From Dehalococcoidia bacterium (GTDB taxonomy: Bacteria; Chloroflexota; Dehalococcoidia; SM23-28-2; RBG-16-64-32), in the NCBI GenBank assembly GCA_041481535.1, contig JBGPBZ010000002.1:1-61636 (forward strand): 61,636 bases of DNA, written 5' to 3'. The position numbers and the translations under genes are program-made. Positions within the stretch are counted from its first letter, which is position 1; each line of letters opens with the position of its first letter. The notes beneath the pieces were generated by a model that saw nothing but the letters and a program-made list of their open reading frames with translations, was not told where the DNA came from and made no database searches. Positions 16,187-25,293 of the stretch are shown here, in pieces.

Positions 16187-17335
16187 ATGTCGTTACTTGA
16201 GTTGGCTGTGAGATGCCGCCTGGGCGATTTCGTGCTCGATGCTGAACTTGCTTGCGAGCGCGGGCCGCTGGTGATCATCGGGCCGTCCGGTGCGGGGAAG
16301 AGCGCGACGTTGCGGATGATCGCGGGAGTGCTCAAGCCGGACGACGGGCGCATAGCGGTCAATGGGCGAGTGTTGTTCGATTGTGAGCGCAGCATCGATG
16401 TGGCGGCGCAGTTGCGGCGGGTGGGGTACGTGCCGCAGGAGTACGCGCTCTTCCCGCACCTCTCGGCGGAGGCGAATGTCGGGTTCGGTTTGCGAGGGCT
16501 TGCTCGTGAGGAACGGCGTGCGCGCGTGCAGGAGATGATCACGCTGACGGGGCTGGAGGAACAGCGGGCGCTTAAGCCGAAGCAGTTGTCGGGAGGGCAA
16601 CGGCAGCGGGTGGCTCTGGCGCGTGCGCTGGCAGTGAGGCCGGACGTGCTGCTGTTGGACGAGCCGTTCGCGGCCCTCGATGTGCCGACGCGGGCGTCGC
16701 TTTTGGAGGAGGTGCGGTCGCTGATCGCGAAGACGGGAGTGGCGAGCATCTTTGTCACGCACGACCGGAACGAGGCGCTGCGGCTGGCGGACACCGTCGC
16801 CGTGATGATGGGTGGGCGCATCCGCCAGATCGGGACGCCGGGCGAGGTGTTTGGCTCGCCGGTTGACGAGGAGGTGGCGGCGTTCGTTGGCGTGGAGACG
16901 ATCGCGCCGGGGCGGGTGAGATCAGTGGACTCGGGTGTGGCGCTGGTCGAGGTTGGCGGGCAGATGGTGGAGGGCGGGGGCGAGGTTTCGACGGGAGATG
17001 AGGTGCTGGTGTGCGTGCGGCCGGAGGATGTGGTGCTATCGAAGGCGGGTGAGATCGATCACACGAGCGCGCGGAACCACCTGCGCGGCCGCGTGACGCG
17101 AGTTGCGGTAGCCGGGCCGTTTGTGCGGGTGGAGGCGGATGTTGGGTTCGGGCTGGTGGCGCTGGTGACGCGGCAGTCAGTGGAGGACCTGGGGATCGCG
17201 GCGGGTGTGGAGTGCGTGGCGACGTTTAAGGCGTCGGCGGTGCACTTGATTCGGCGGGGCCGACGACAAACCGACAAACCGACAGACCCACAAACCGACG
17301 ATCCGAACGGCGCGAACGCAGACCTTATTCGGTGA
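16187..17335 (+). CDS. modC: Molybdate ABC transporter ATP-binding protein with a TOBE/Mop-like C-terminus
   Basis: Walker A GPSGAGKS, signature LSGGQRQRV and Walker B LLLDEP. Start set at ATG 16187, which lies 7 nt after TAGTCT (16174..16179). The last ~25 aa are encoded by a CAAACCG repeat array. Confidence 0.85.
   Translation: MSLLELAVRCRLGDFVLDAELACERGPLVIIGPSGAGKSATLRMIAGVLKPDDGRIAVNGRVLFDCERSIDVAAQLRRVGYVPQEYALFPHLSAEANVGFGLRGLAREERRARVQEMITLTGLEEQRALKPKQLSGGQRQRVALARALAVRPDVLLLDEPFAALDVPTRASLLEEVRSLIAKTGVASIFVTHDRNEALRLADTVAVMMGGRIRQIGTPGEVFGSPVDEEVAAFVGVETIAPGRVRSVDSGVALVEVGGQMVEGGGEVSTGDEVLVCVRPEDVVLSKAGEIDHTSARNHLRGRVTRVAVAGPFVRVEADVGFGLVALVTRQSVEDLGIAAGVECVATFKASAVHLIRRGRRQTDKPTDPQTDDPNGANADLIR
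17264..17300. repeat. CAAACCG-type heptamer array inside the modC 3' end
   Basis: Read directly: cgacaaaccgacaaaccgacagacccacaaaccgacg. The same heptamer forms the arms of the 55551..55631 palindrome. Confidence 0.75.
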
Positions 17336-18116
17336 TTCGGTCCGCTGGAGGCGATTCGTTGGCGGACGTTTCGCCTGTTACCCAGCCGTGGAGCTCGGCG
17401 AGGAGGGCCAGGTCGTTGGAGATGATGCCGTCGACACCCTCCGCGACGAGGCGTCGGGCGGCGCGCCAGTCGTCGACGGTCCAGCAGTAGAGGTCGACGT
17501 TGCGGTCTTCCATGAGCTTCGCTTTCTCGTCGTCGATGAAGCCGTAGGCCATGCAGACCTGGCGGACGCCGGACTCAATCAGTCGGAGGAAGCGATCCCA
17601 CTGGTAGGGGCGCTCAATTGAGTAGCGGACCTCGAGGTCGGGGGCGGTTTCGCGGATGAGGGTGAGGACGGAGTAAGTCTGACCGCAGACGGCGACCCAG
17701 CTTTCGCCGTTATGCTTGCGGATTGAGGCGACAAGCCTGTCGACATAACGGCGGAGGTGCGGGGTGCCGTAGTGTCCTTTGACGTCGAGGAGTAAGCGCT
17801 TGCGGCCGGCGACTTCCTTCAGCAGATCGTCGAGGCGGAGGGTGCCGATGTCCGGACGCACGAAGTAGTTGCCGATGCGCACGGCGAAGCGGCCAGGCTT
17901 GTGGGTGGTCATCACGCGGTCGATCAAGAGCGGGAGCCAGCTGACCTTGCGCTCGTGGTGGATGCGGATGTCTCCGCCGCGGAACCACATGTCGACTTCG
18001 ATCATGTCGCAGTCGGCGGCGAGAGCGGTGGCGAGCTTCTCGCGGGTGTTGCCGTAGGCGTGGGCGATGCGGACGATCCTCCGCGGCGGACGTTCCGCCT
18101 TAGGCGGTGTGCCCAT
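17325..18116 (-). CDS. Glycerophosphodiester phosphodiesterase-like (GDPD / PI-PLC X-like) protein
   Basis: IAHAYGNT...MIEVDMWFRGGDIRIHHE resembles the GDPD N-terminal motif. Start at ATG 18116 overlaps the upstream TGA. The ORF-track start at 18353 runs through the upstream gene. Confidence 0.55.
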   Translation of the reverse strand: MGTPPKAERPPRRIVRIAHAYGNTREKLATALAADCDMIEVDMWFRGGDIRIHHERKVSWLPLLIDRVMTTHKPGRFAVRIGNYFVRPDIGTLRLDDLLKEVAGRKRLLLDVKGHYGTPHLRRYVDRLVASIRKHNGESWVAVCGQTYSVLTLIRETAPDLEVRYSIERPYQWDRFLRLIESGVRQVCMAYGFIDDEKAKLMEDRNVDLYCWTVDDWRAARRLVAEGVDGIISNDLALLAELHGWVTGETSANESPPADRITE

Positions 18117-18583
18117 CAGGCGGGGCGCGCGTTGGTGGCGAGTCGCTGCACCTGTCCCGCGCGCATGTTGTACTGGCCGGTCGCCATCTCGAGCACCTGA
18201 CGGAGCGTGAACTTGCCGTGCTCCGGGTCCTCCGCGAGCTTTTCGAGATCTTCGGGAAGCAGGTCGTGCAGGAGGTTGGAGAAGCGGCGGTGCGCGACCT
18301 GCAGCGACATCGAACCCTCGCGCAGGGAGCCGAACTCGGCGCGGGTGAGGCACGGCGGTTGGGGCAGGTTGAGGGCGCGTGCGACGAGGCGACCGTAGTA
18401 GAAGTTGAGGTCGTCGACGGTGCGCTCGATGGCGCGGCGGAGCGAGTCGCTGTCGTCAGTCGCCGCCTCGAACGGTGTTCCGTCGGCAGACTTGAGGGCG
18501 TCGACGAGCGACTGCTTGGCGGCGTCGAGGCGGCGGAGCACGTCGTCGAGCGTGAGAGCGGGCGCGTCGTTTGTGTCAGTCAT
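18116..18583 (-). CDS. Hypothetical helical protein
   Basis: 155-aa ORF with good coding periodicity, translationally coupled to its flanking genes. No family recognised confidently. Confidence 0.5.
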   Translation of the reverse strand: MTDTNDAPALTLDDVLRRLDAAKQSLVDALKSADGTPFEAATDDSDSLRRAIERTVDDLNFYYGRLVARALNLPQPPCLTRAEFGSLREGSMSLQVAHRRFSNLLHDLLPEDLEKLAEDPEHGKFTLRQVLEMATGQYNMRAGQVQRLATNARPA

Positions 18584-18586
18584 CTG

Positions 18587-18985
18587 TCAGTCCAGTGGTT
18601 GTCTGCCAGCGTAACCGGTATCGAGGTCATGCCACCAGGCGATGTGCTCTTCGCCGAGCTTCCAGCAGAGGTACGCTTCGCGGCCGTTGATGGTTGCACG
18701 GAAGTCGACGAGGCCGATGTCGACGTCCTTCACTTCGATTCCCATTTTGGTTATACGCTCGATGATGCCATTGATTGCGAGCGCCGCCTGCTCGAGGCCG
18801 GAGCGGGAGCGGGCGAGGTCGGCGTCGAGGCCGTGGCCGTTGCCCTTGGCCTGGTTCTGGACGGCGATGAGCCTGGCCTGCGACTCGTCGTGCTGCTTCT
18901 TGAGGTCGCGGGCCTTCCAGAGGAGGGGCGCGATTTCGGGAAGGGTGGCTTCGGCTTCATCGCGGGAGAAGAGGCGGGGCGGCAT
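18587..18985 (-). CDS. DUF2203-family protein
   Basis: 132 aa. LFSRDEAEATLPEI ... GLVDFRATINGREAYLCWKLGEEHIAWWH matches my memory of the DUF2203 pattern. Confidence 0.6.
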   Translation of the reverse strand: MPPRLFSRDEAEATLPEIAPLLWKARDLKKQHDESQARLIAVQNQAKGNGHGLDADLARSRSGLEQAALAINGIIERITKMGIEVKDVDIGLVDFRATINGREAYLCWKLGEEHIAWWHDLDTGYAGRQPLD

Positions 18986-19210
18986 GACGCGAGAACTAGT
19001 ATAGCGGTTCGTGGTTAGTGGGCTGGCAACGGATGCTGAAACCGGATAAACGGAACGGTCCTCGTGCAGACCCGTTCCGCTTATCCGTTAGAACGCAGGC
19101 TTGACGGGCGGACTGAGAGCGAAATTTGAGGTGAGACGGGAGTGGGGATAGGCACGATGCGGCCAGTTTCGCTGTATCCTGTAGGTGAAATTCTGTCCGA
19201 GGAGCCGCAT

Positions 19211-21040
19211 ATGACTACCGAAGAGCGCGCGATCAAGTCGGAGAAGTATACGGAGGAGCGAGCAGACTCGCTGCCGTTCAATACGCCGGAGAAGTCCGAC
19301 CGTTACCGGACGGAGCGGTTCCCGGGCGCGATCGGACTCAACTGGTTCGAGAGCGACCCGACGCTGCAACGCTCGATGCGCTATTACCTCACGGCTGAGG
19401 AGTACGCGTGGGCGGAGCCGCACTTGAAGAGCCTGGGCGCGCTGATGGGCGGACCGATTGCTGAGCGCGCGGAGATCACGGACAAGAACCCGCCGCGGCT
19501 GGTGAAGTACGACCGCTGGGGTCACGACGTGAGCGAGGTGATCATCGCGGAGTCGGCGAAGGACACGAAGCGCGATCTGAAAGAGAACGGTTTCATGGGC
19601 CCGAAGTTCCGTCGCGAGGCGGAGTCGGCGGGCGTGAACTCCGGCCCGCTGTCGATGGCGTCCGGCTACCTGCTGAACCAGGCGGAGATCGGCATGTCCT
19701 GTGCGATGGGCGCCGACGCCGGGATGGTGGAGGCGCAGGTCTCGCAGTTCGCGCCGCCGGACATCCAGCAGTACGTGCTCTCGCGGCTCGAGTCGGGAGA
19801 ATGGGTCGGTGCGACGGGGCAGTTCTTCACGGAGCGCACCGGCGGCTCTGACCTCGGCGGACTGGAGACGACGGCGACACCAAACGGCGATTCCTGGATT
19901 CTCAACGGGTTCAAGTGGTTCGCTTCGAACTGCGACGGGCAGGCGTTCGTCGTGCTCGCGAAGCCGCAGGGAGCGCCGGACAGCGTGCGTGGCAACACGC
20001 CGTTCCTCGTGCTGCGCCAGAAGCGCGACGGTAGCCGCAACGGCTTCCACATCCGCCAGCTGAAGGCGAAGATGGGCACGCACGCGGTGGCCTCGGGTGA
20101 GGTGGAGTTCCGCGACGCGGAGGCGTTCATGCTGAGCGGCCCGGCGACGAACGGCGACTCGCCCAGCGACGGCAAAGGGATGGCGCGCTTGATGGCGATG
20201 ACGAACGTGGCGCGGCTGGGCGTGGCGCTGATGGGCCTCGGCTGTGCGAGGCGGGCGCTCGTGGAGTCGCTGTGCTACACGCGGGCGCGCAGCTCATGGA
20301 AGGCGCGGCTGGCGGACCACCCGCTGATGAAGCGCAAGCTGGTCGAGATGATCGTTGACGTCGAAGCCGTGCAGGCGATGCTGTTCGAGGGCTACGGCTT
20401 CCCGAACCACCAGCGGCCGGACCACGCGTTCCAGCGGTCGCGCATCGTGCCGCCTCTGGCGAAGCTGAAGGCGGCGCGCCTCGGGATTACGACGGCGAGC
20501 GACGCGATCGAGATTCACGGCGGCAACGGCTACATCGAGACGTGGCCGGTGGCGCGCATCCTCCGCGACGCGCAGATCAATACGCTGTGGGAGGGCCCGG
20601 ACAACATCCTCTGCCTTGACGTGCGCCGCGCGATAGAGCGGGAAAACGCGGACGAGCCGTTCCTGGCGCGGATCCAGGAAGCGCTGGAAAACGCCGGCGA
20701 AGGAGTCGCTGCGGCACAGGTTGTTCGTGACCGGAAGGAAGACCTGGCGGAAGCGATCGCGGCGTGGAAGCGGCTGGATGGTGAGACGGCGGAGGCGCGC
20801 CTGTTCCCGCTGGCGCAGTTCATGGCCGAGACGTTTGCGGCGGCGATCCTCTGCGAGCGAGCGGAGTGGGAACTGCGTGAGTTCGGCGACGACCGCAAGA
20901 GCGTCGTCGCGGCGCTGTATACGGAGCGCTACCTGACCGACCGCAACCGGCTGCGTGACATCGACTCGCCGTCGAGTCTGGCGCTTGAGCGGTTCGATGA
21001 CCTGGTCGCGGGCGCGCTGGTGGATGCGCGGGCGGTTTAG
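19211..21040 (+). CDS. Long-form acyl-CoA dehydrogenase-family protein (AidB-like)
   Basis: ACAD blocks FFTERTGGSDLG, WFASN and IEIHGGNGYIE. Start at ATG 19211 follows GAGGAG. Confidence 0.8.
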   Translation: MTTEERAIKSEKYTEERADSLPFNTPEKSDRYRTERFPGAIGLNWFESDPTLQRSMRYYLTAEEYAWAEPHLKSLGALMGGPIAERAEITDKNPPRLVKYDRWGHDVSEVIIAESAKDTKRDLKENGFMGPKFRREAESAGVNSGPLSMASGYLLNQAEIGMSCAMGADAGMVEAQVSQFAPPDIQQYVLSRLESGEWVGATGQFFTERTGGSDLGGLETTATPNGDSWILNGFKWFASNCDGQAFVVLAKPQGAPDSVRGNTPFLVLRQKRDGSRNGFHIRQLKAKMGTHAVASGEVEFRDAEAFMLSGPATNGDSPSDGKGMARLMAMTNVARLGVALMGLGCARRALVESLCYTRARSSWKARLADHPLMKRKLVEMIVDVEAVQAMLFEGYGFPNHQRPDHAFQRSRIVPPLAKLKAARLGITTASDAIEIHGGNGYIETWPVARILRDAQINTLWEGPDNILCLDVRRAIERENADEPFLARIQEALENAGEGVAAAQVVRDRKEDLAEAIAAWKRLDGETAEARLFPLAQFMAETFAAAILCERAEWELREFGDDRKSVVAALYTERYLTDRNRLRDIDSPSSLALERFDDLVAGALVDARAV

Positions 21041-21056
21041 GCGAGGGCGCAAAACC

Positions 21057-21551
21057 TCAGGGTAAGCCTTGCTCCTCTTCTCGACGTATCACGTTGAGCA
21101 CGTCCTCACTGAGGCGGAAGTCGACTTCGAGGAGGCTCTCTACGAGTTGCAGAACAGACGCGATGATGAGCCTGCGCCGTGCCTCTAGAAGAACGCCTAT
21201 CGTGCCGATAACCGGCACGCCATGAGCCTCCGCGAGGATTCGCGCCTGAAGGTCATCCAGGATGACATATGTAGCGTCGAGCTCCATGGCCAAAGCGATT
21301 GCTTGCGATTCGCCAGGTCCAAGAGATAGTCCGAAATGTGCACCGCTGGTTTGGGAAGATCGTACCTCAAACCACCCTGGCATGAGTTGTTCAAGGTCGG
21401 CCGCCTCCTGCAGCGAGGACGTACTACCTGCCGACCACTCATCAATCACTGCCGGAGGTATGTACACCTCGCCGAAGAGCTGTGGGAGAAGCCGAAGCAA
21501 GTGCAGATGGGCGAGCGCGATTAAGACGCTAGTATCGACGACGGCACTCAA
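21057..21551 (-). CDS. PIN-like DUF3368 protein (putative type II toxin)
   Basis: 164 aa with N-terminal VVDTSVLIALA and later GESQAIALA, matching the DUF3368/PIN pattern. 4-nt overlap with the UPF0175 gene. Confidence 0.65.
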   Translation of the reverse strand: MSAVVDTSVLIALAHLHLLRLLPQLFGEVYIPPAVIDEWSAGSTSSLQEAADLEQLMPGWFEVRSSQTSGAHFGLSLGPGESQAIALAMELDATYVILDDLQARILAEAHGVPVIGTIGVLLEARRRLIIASVLQLVESLLEVDFRLSEDVLNVIRREEEQGLP

Positions 21552-21844
21552 GCGCCCGTGCGTTCGCGTTTGAGCTTTTCGATCGTGCGCATATCGTCTT
21601 CGTAGTCCTTGGTGCCGTAGCGAACGGCAGGAATTCCGAGCTCTCTTAGAAGAAGCTGGAAGGCGATACGATTCTCGCCCGAGAGTTCCGCGGCTTTGCC
21701 GATTGAAATTTCACCGGTGACGAAGAGATGTATTGCGAGGGCAGCGCGGACCTGCCCCGCTCTGTCGAGGTTTGCCAGCCGTGACTTGGCCAAGAGGTTG
21801 AGCAACTCTTCTGGCACTACTACATCGAGTTTCACGTCAGTCAT
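21548..21844 (-). CDS. UPF0175-family putative antitoxin
   Basis: 98 aa. ...FVTGEISIGKAAELSG... is typical of UPF0175. Paired with the DUF3368 gene. Confidence 0.6.
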   Translation of the reverse strand: MTDVKLDVVVPEELLNLLAKSRLANLDRAGQVRAALAIHLFVTGEISIGKAAELSGENRIAFQLLLRELGIPAVRYGTKDYEDDMRTIEKLKRERTGA

Positions 21845-21881
21845 CTGTTGCCCTGTGTTAGCAGTTTAGCACGCAACCTGG

Positions 21882-22217
21882 CTAGTCGACGCCCAGTAGC
21901 TCTACCTCAAAGACCAGGGTGGCGTTGGGCGGGATGACGCCGCCGGCGCCGCGGGAGCCGTAACCGAGCTCCGGCGGGATGGTGAGCTTACGATGGCCGC
22001 CGACTTTCATGCCGGCGACGCCTTCGTCCCAGCCTTTGATCACCTGCCCGGCGCCGAGCGTGAACTTGAACGGCTCGTTGCGGTCGCGTGAGCTGTCGAA
22101 CTTCTTGCCGTCGGTGAGCTTGCCAGTGTAGTGGACGCTGACGCGCTGTCCGGCTTTCGCTTCGTCGCCGTCGCCGTGAGTCGTGTCGTCATACTCGAGG
22201 CCAGTGGATGTCTTCAT
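21882..22217 (-). CDS. FKBP-type peptidyl-prolyl cis-trans isomerase
   Basis: 111 aa with [44 protein letters not shown]. Confidence 0.9.
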   Translation of the reverse strand: MKTSTGLEYDDTTHGDGDEAKAGQRVSVHYTGKLTDGKKFDSSRDRNEPFKFTLGAGQVIKGWDEGVAGMKVGGHRKLTIPPELGYGSRGAGGVIPPNATLVFEVELLGVD

Positions 22218-22226
22218 GTGTTGCTC

Positions 22227-23450
22227 CTAAGGCGCGGGGGTGACGGTATCCAGCGGGCCGGCGTCCAGCAGCTGGATATCGAAGATGAGGGTGGCGTTCG
22301 GGGGGATGATGGGCTGAGAGCCCGCCGCGCCGTAACCGAGGTCGGGCGGCACGATCAGGCGGCGTGACTCGCCGACTTTCATGCCGGCGACTCCTTCATC
22401 CCAGCCCTTGATGACCTTGCCCTGGCCGAGGACGAACAGGTAGGGGGTACGTCCGGGCTTAAGCGAGCTGTCGAAGAGCGTGCCGGCGTCCTTGAGCCAG
22501 CCGGTGTAGTTGACCGTGATCTTCTCGCCCGGGTCAGCGGTAACGTCGCTGGTGCCGGGGGTGACGATGATGTACTGGAGGCCGGAGGGCGTGGTAATGG
22601 TGTCGCCGGTCACCGTGGGCGGGAAGGGCGCCGGCGTCGGCCCCGGGGTGGGCGTTGGCGTACCGGTGCCGACGAGATCGATGTCGAAGACGAGCGTGGC
22701 GTTGGCCGGTATGGCCGTGCCGTGGCCGGTTGCTCCATATGCGAGATCAGGCGGGATGATGAGGCGGCGCTTTTCGCCCGGCAACATGCCGACGACGCCT
22801 TCTTCCCAGCCTTTGATAACAGTGCCGGCACCGACGGTGAACGTCAGCGACTGACCGTTGTTGTACGAACTGTCAAAGAGGGCGCCTGTGTCCTGCAGCC
22901 AGCCGCTGTAGCCGACGTTGACGGTGTTACCCGTCGCGACTGCGGCGCCGGCGCCGGGCGTGATGATCACGTACTGCAACCCGTCGGCGAGAGCGACGGG
23001 TGTGGCGGCGACTGCAGGAGGAGTCGCCGGCGCGGTGGGTGATGGAGATGGGGTGACGGCGGCGGTCGCACTCGGAGATACTTGCGCGACGGATTCGCTT
23101 CCACCTCCGCCGCCGAGGAGGAGGACGAGGCCCAGAACGACGAGAACGGCTACGAAGATGGCGCCGGCGCCCAGCATGACGAAACGGTTGGAGAGGACGT
23201 CCGCCGGAGACATACTGCCTGCGGAAGCGGCCAGGTTTGCGAGCTGGCGGTCGTACTGGCGGCGGCGGCGCGGATCCTTGAGGACGTTGTAGGCGGCGGT
23301 GATGTCCGCGTGGCGCTGGGCCGCGCGCTTCTTCGTGCTGGTGGATGGGTCGTATGCAGAAGAGAGGCGCTTGTAGGCGCGCTCGATGTCGTCTGGTTTA
23401 GCGTTTCGGCTGACCTGCAGTACCGCGTAGTAGTCCTTATCGTATGCCAC
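22227..23450 (-). CDS. J-like domain - TM helix - two FKBP domains (membrane-anchored PPIase)
   Basis: 407 aa. N-terminal DYYAVLQVSRNA...AYKRLSSAYDPS (the HPD position reads DPS). TM segment FVMLGAGAIFVAVLVVLGLVLLL. Then two FKBP repeats (VIKGWEEGV.., VIKGWDEGV..). Confidence 0.8.
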   Translation of the reverse strand: MAYDKDYYAVLQVSRNAKPDDIERAYKRLSSAYDPSTSTKKRAAQRHADITAAYNVLKDPRRRRQYDRQLANLAASAGSMSPADVLSNRFVMLGAGAIFVAVLVVLGLVLLLGGGGGSESVAQVSPSATAAVTPSPSPTAPATPPAVAATPVALADGLQYVIITPGAGAAVATGNTVNVGYSGWLQDTGALFDSSYNNGQSLTFTVGAGTVIKGWEEGVVGMLPGEKRRLIIPPDLAYGATGHGTAIPANATLVFDIDLVGTGTPTPTPGPTPAPFPPTVTGDTITTPSGLQYIIVTPGTSDVTADPGEKITVNYTGWLKDAGTLFDSSLKPGRTPYLFVLGQGKVIKGWDEGVAGMKVGESRRLIVPPDLGYGAAGSQPIIPPNATLIFDIQLLDAGPLDTVTPAP

Positions 23451-23535
23451 TGGCCGCTGCGTGCCTCCACTTCGCTGAGATGATTACGAAACATTGTAGT
23501 GGCTGGAGATTAGAGGCGATAGCCGTGCGGATGCA

Positions 23536-23566
23536 GGAAGTGGGGAGTGGGAAGTACGAGAAGTGG
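23536..23566. repeat. Tandem 7-nt array (GGAAGTG/GGGAGTG units) in a divergent intergenic region
   Basis: Read directly: ggaagtggggagtgggaagtacgagaagtgg. Confidence 0.7.
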
Positions 23567-23595
23567 TTGCAGGGATCGCCGCTCAGCGCTAGGCT
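23567..23595 (+). promoter_or_regulatory. Candidate leaderless promoter for the GNAT gene (TTGCAG-17-TAGGCT, then 7 nt to the ATG)
   Basis: Read directly: TTGCAGggatcgccgctcagcgcTAGGCTgacggccATG. Confidence 0.45.
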
Positions 23596-23602
23596 GACGG
23601 CC

Positions 23603-24238
23603 ATGAAGGACGGAGCCCCGGAGGGGGTACGGGCGCTGGAGCGAGGAGAGACGGAGCAGCTTGTCGCGCTGTACCAGAGGTCGTTCTGGGACGACCCGGC
23701 GATTGAGTTCCTGCTTCCGAATGAGAAGCGCCGGGCGAAGGGGCTGGACGCGTATATGCGAATGGCGATCCGCTACGGCTTGAAGCACGGGCGCGTGCAG
23801 ACGATCGCGGGCGACGCCGGGCCGCGAGTCGGCTCCGTCTGGCTGCCGCCGGGTGAGGCGCTGGCGACCTTCCCGAAGCTGATCCGCGCGGGGTTTATCG
23901 GGATGATAATGTCGAACTTGAATGCGGCCAGCCTGCGGAAGTTCTTCGCGATGAGCAGCATGATTGAGGAGCATCGCAAGGCGGATATCCAGAAGAACCA
24001 CTGGTACCTCTGGATTCTGGCCGCCGACGTGACGGAGCAGGGACAAGGCCTCGGCACGGCGGTACTGGAGGAGGAGTTGCGGGAGGCTGATCTCGCCGGC
24101 GTGCCTTGCTACGTGGAGACCGCGAAGCAGATCAACCTAGAGTTCTACGAGAAGCAGGGCTTTGTGACGAAGCGCGAGGACCCGCTGCCGGGCGGCGGAC
24201 CGCCGCTATGGACGATGATCCGCAAGCCGATGGGCTAG
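23603..24238 (+). CDS. GNAT-family N-acetyltransferase
   Basis: WYLWILAADVTEQGQGLGTAVLEE...YVETAKQINLEFYEKQGF is an acetyl-CoA-binding core. Start at ATG 23603; the ORF-track start at 23444 overlaps the divergent gene. Confidence 0.75.
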   Translation: MKDGAPEGVRALERGETEQLVALYQRSFWDDPAIEFLLPNEKRRAKGLDAYMRMAIRYGLKHGRVQTIAGDAGPRVGSVWLPPGEALATFPKLIRAGFIGMIMSNLNAASLRKFFAMSSMIEEHRKADIQKNHWYLWILAADVTEQGQGLGTAVLEEELREADLAGVPCYVETAKQINLEFYEKQGFVTKREDPLPGGGPPLWTMIRKPMG

Positions 24239-24246
24239 TTCTACGC

Positions 24247-25116
24247 CTACATCTCGTGCGGGCTCATCAGGGCCTGCCAGCGGTGTTCGGCCTGACTGGA
24301 GAAGCGCTGCACGTCGGCGGGGTCGAGCGGGCCGTGTTCGGTGACGTAGGCGGTGACGAGGCGCGCGGGCGTGACCTCGTAGTAGACGTTGCGCACTTCG
24401 AGCCACTTCTGATCGCAGATCTCCTGCGCCTTGCCTTCTTGCAGAGAGAACGGTAGCGGCTCGCTGGGGGCGCTGATCTTCAGCGTCTCGGCGACGGGGT
24501 AGAAGGGGACTTCGGCGTCTTTCGCGGCGAGGGCAAGACCGCGGGTGCCGATCTTGTTGATGAAGTCGCCCTCGGGCAGGATCGTGTCGGCGCCGACGAC
24601 GACGGCGTCGGCCTCGTGCACGAAGAGCGCCATCTGCGCTTCCGTGATCAGCGTTGTCGAGATTCCGTTGCGGACGAGTTCCTTGGCGACGCGGACGCCT
24701 TCGTTGAAGGGGCGCGCCTCGGAGACGATGACGCGGAGCGGCTTCATGGTGGACAACAGCTCGATGACGGTGGTTGACCAGCTGTGCGTCATAATCGTTC
24801 CGTTGGGGACGACCTTGCCGGCGGCGAGGGCCAGCTCCTCCGGACCGAGCTCGATCATCTCGATCGTCTCGTCGACAGAGCGTAGGCAATCGTTGGTTTC
24901 AAGATAGCGGGACCAGGCCGCGGCCACGGCGTTCTCGATGGCGGCGTTCATCGGGCGGGCGAGTGCAAGCTGGCGGCAGGTGGCGCGCAACTCTTCGCCG
25001 TTGCAGTTGGTCTCGAAGACTCGTAAGGCTTTGAGCGCGGCGAGAGCGAGCTGGCGGGCGCCGGAATCGCGGTTGGCCTGGATGTCCTTGATGGCGGTCC
25101 GGATTTCTGGCCTCAT
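24247..25116 (-). CDS. eIF-2B alpha/beta/delta-family protein (sugar-phosphate isomerase-like)
   Basis: Blocks IMTHSWSTTV and VVVGADTILPEGDFINKIGT. ATG 25116 follows AGGAGGTG. Confidence 0.7.
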   Translation of the reverse strand: MRPEIRTAIKDIQANRDSGARQLALAALKALRVFETNCNGEELRATCRQLALARPMNAAIENAVAAAWSRYLETNDCLRSVDETIEMIELGPEELALAAGKVVPNGTIMTHSWSTTVIELLSTMKPLRVIVSEARPFNEGVRVAKELVRNGISTTLITEAQMALFVHEADAVVVGADTILPEGDFINKIGTRGLALAAKDAEVPFYPVAETLKISAPSEPLPFSLQEGKAQEICDQKWLEVRNVYYEVTPARLVTAYVTEHGPLDPADVQRFSSQAEHRWQALMSPHEM

Positions 25117-25135
25117 ACGCACCTCCTATAGAAAG

Positions 25136-25160
25136 CAAAAAGCCGGGGCGTGTGACCCCG
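25136..25160 (-). terminator. Possible intrinsic terminator after the kinase-fusion gene
   Basis: Minus strand reads CGGGG-tcacacg-CCCCG followed by GCTTTTTG. The stem is short, 5 bp and all G:C. Confidence 0.35.
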
Positions 25161-25293
25161 ACTCACTTATTTGTCGAACCGAAACCAACCATGGGCGTGG
25201 GTGCTCCTGACTGGCAATTTCTGCTGCGGGCGACGTTCTGTAAGCGGTAGAGTACACCCTCCGCCGGAATTTGTCTTGGGGTCTGTGTGACAG

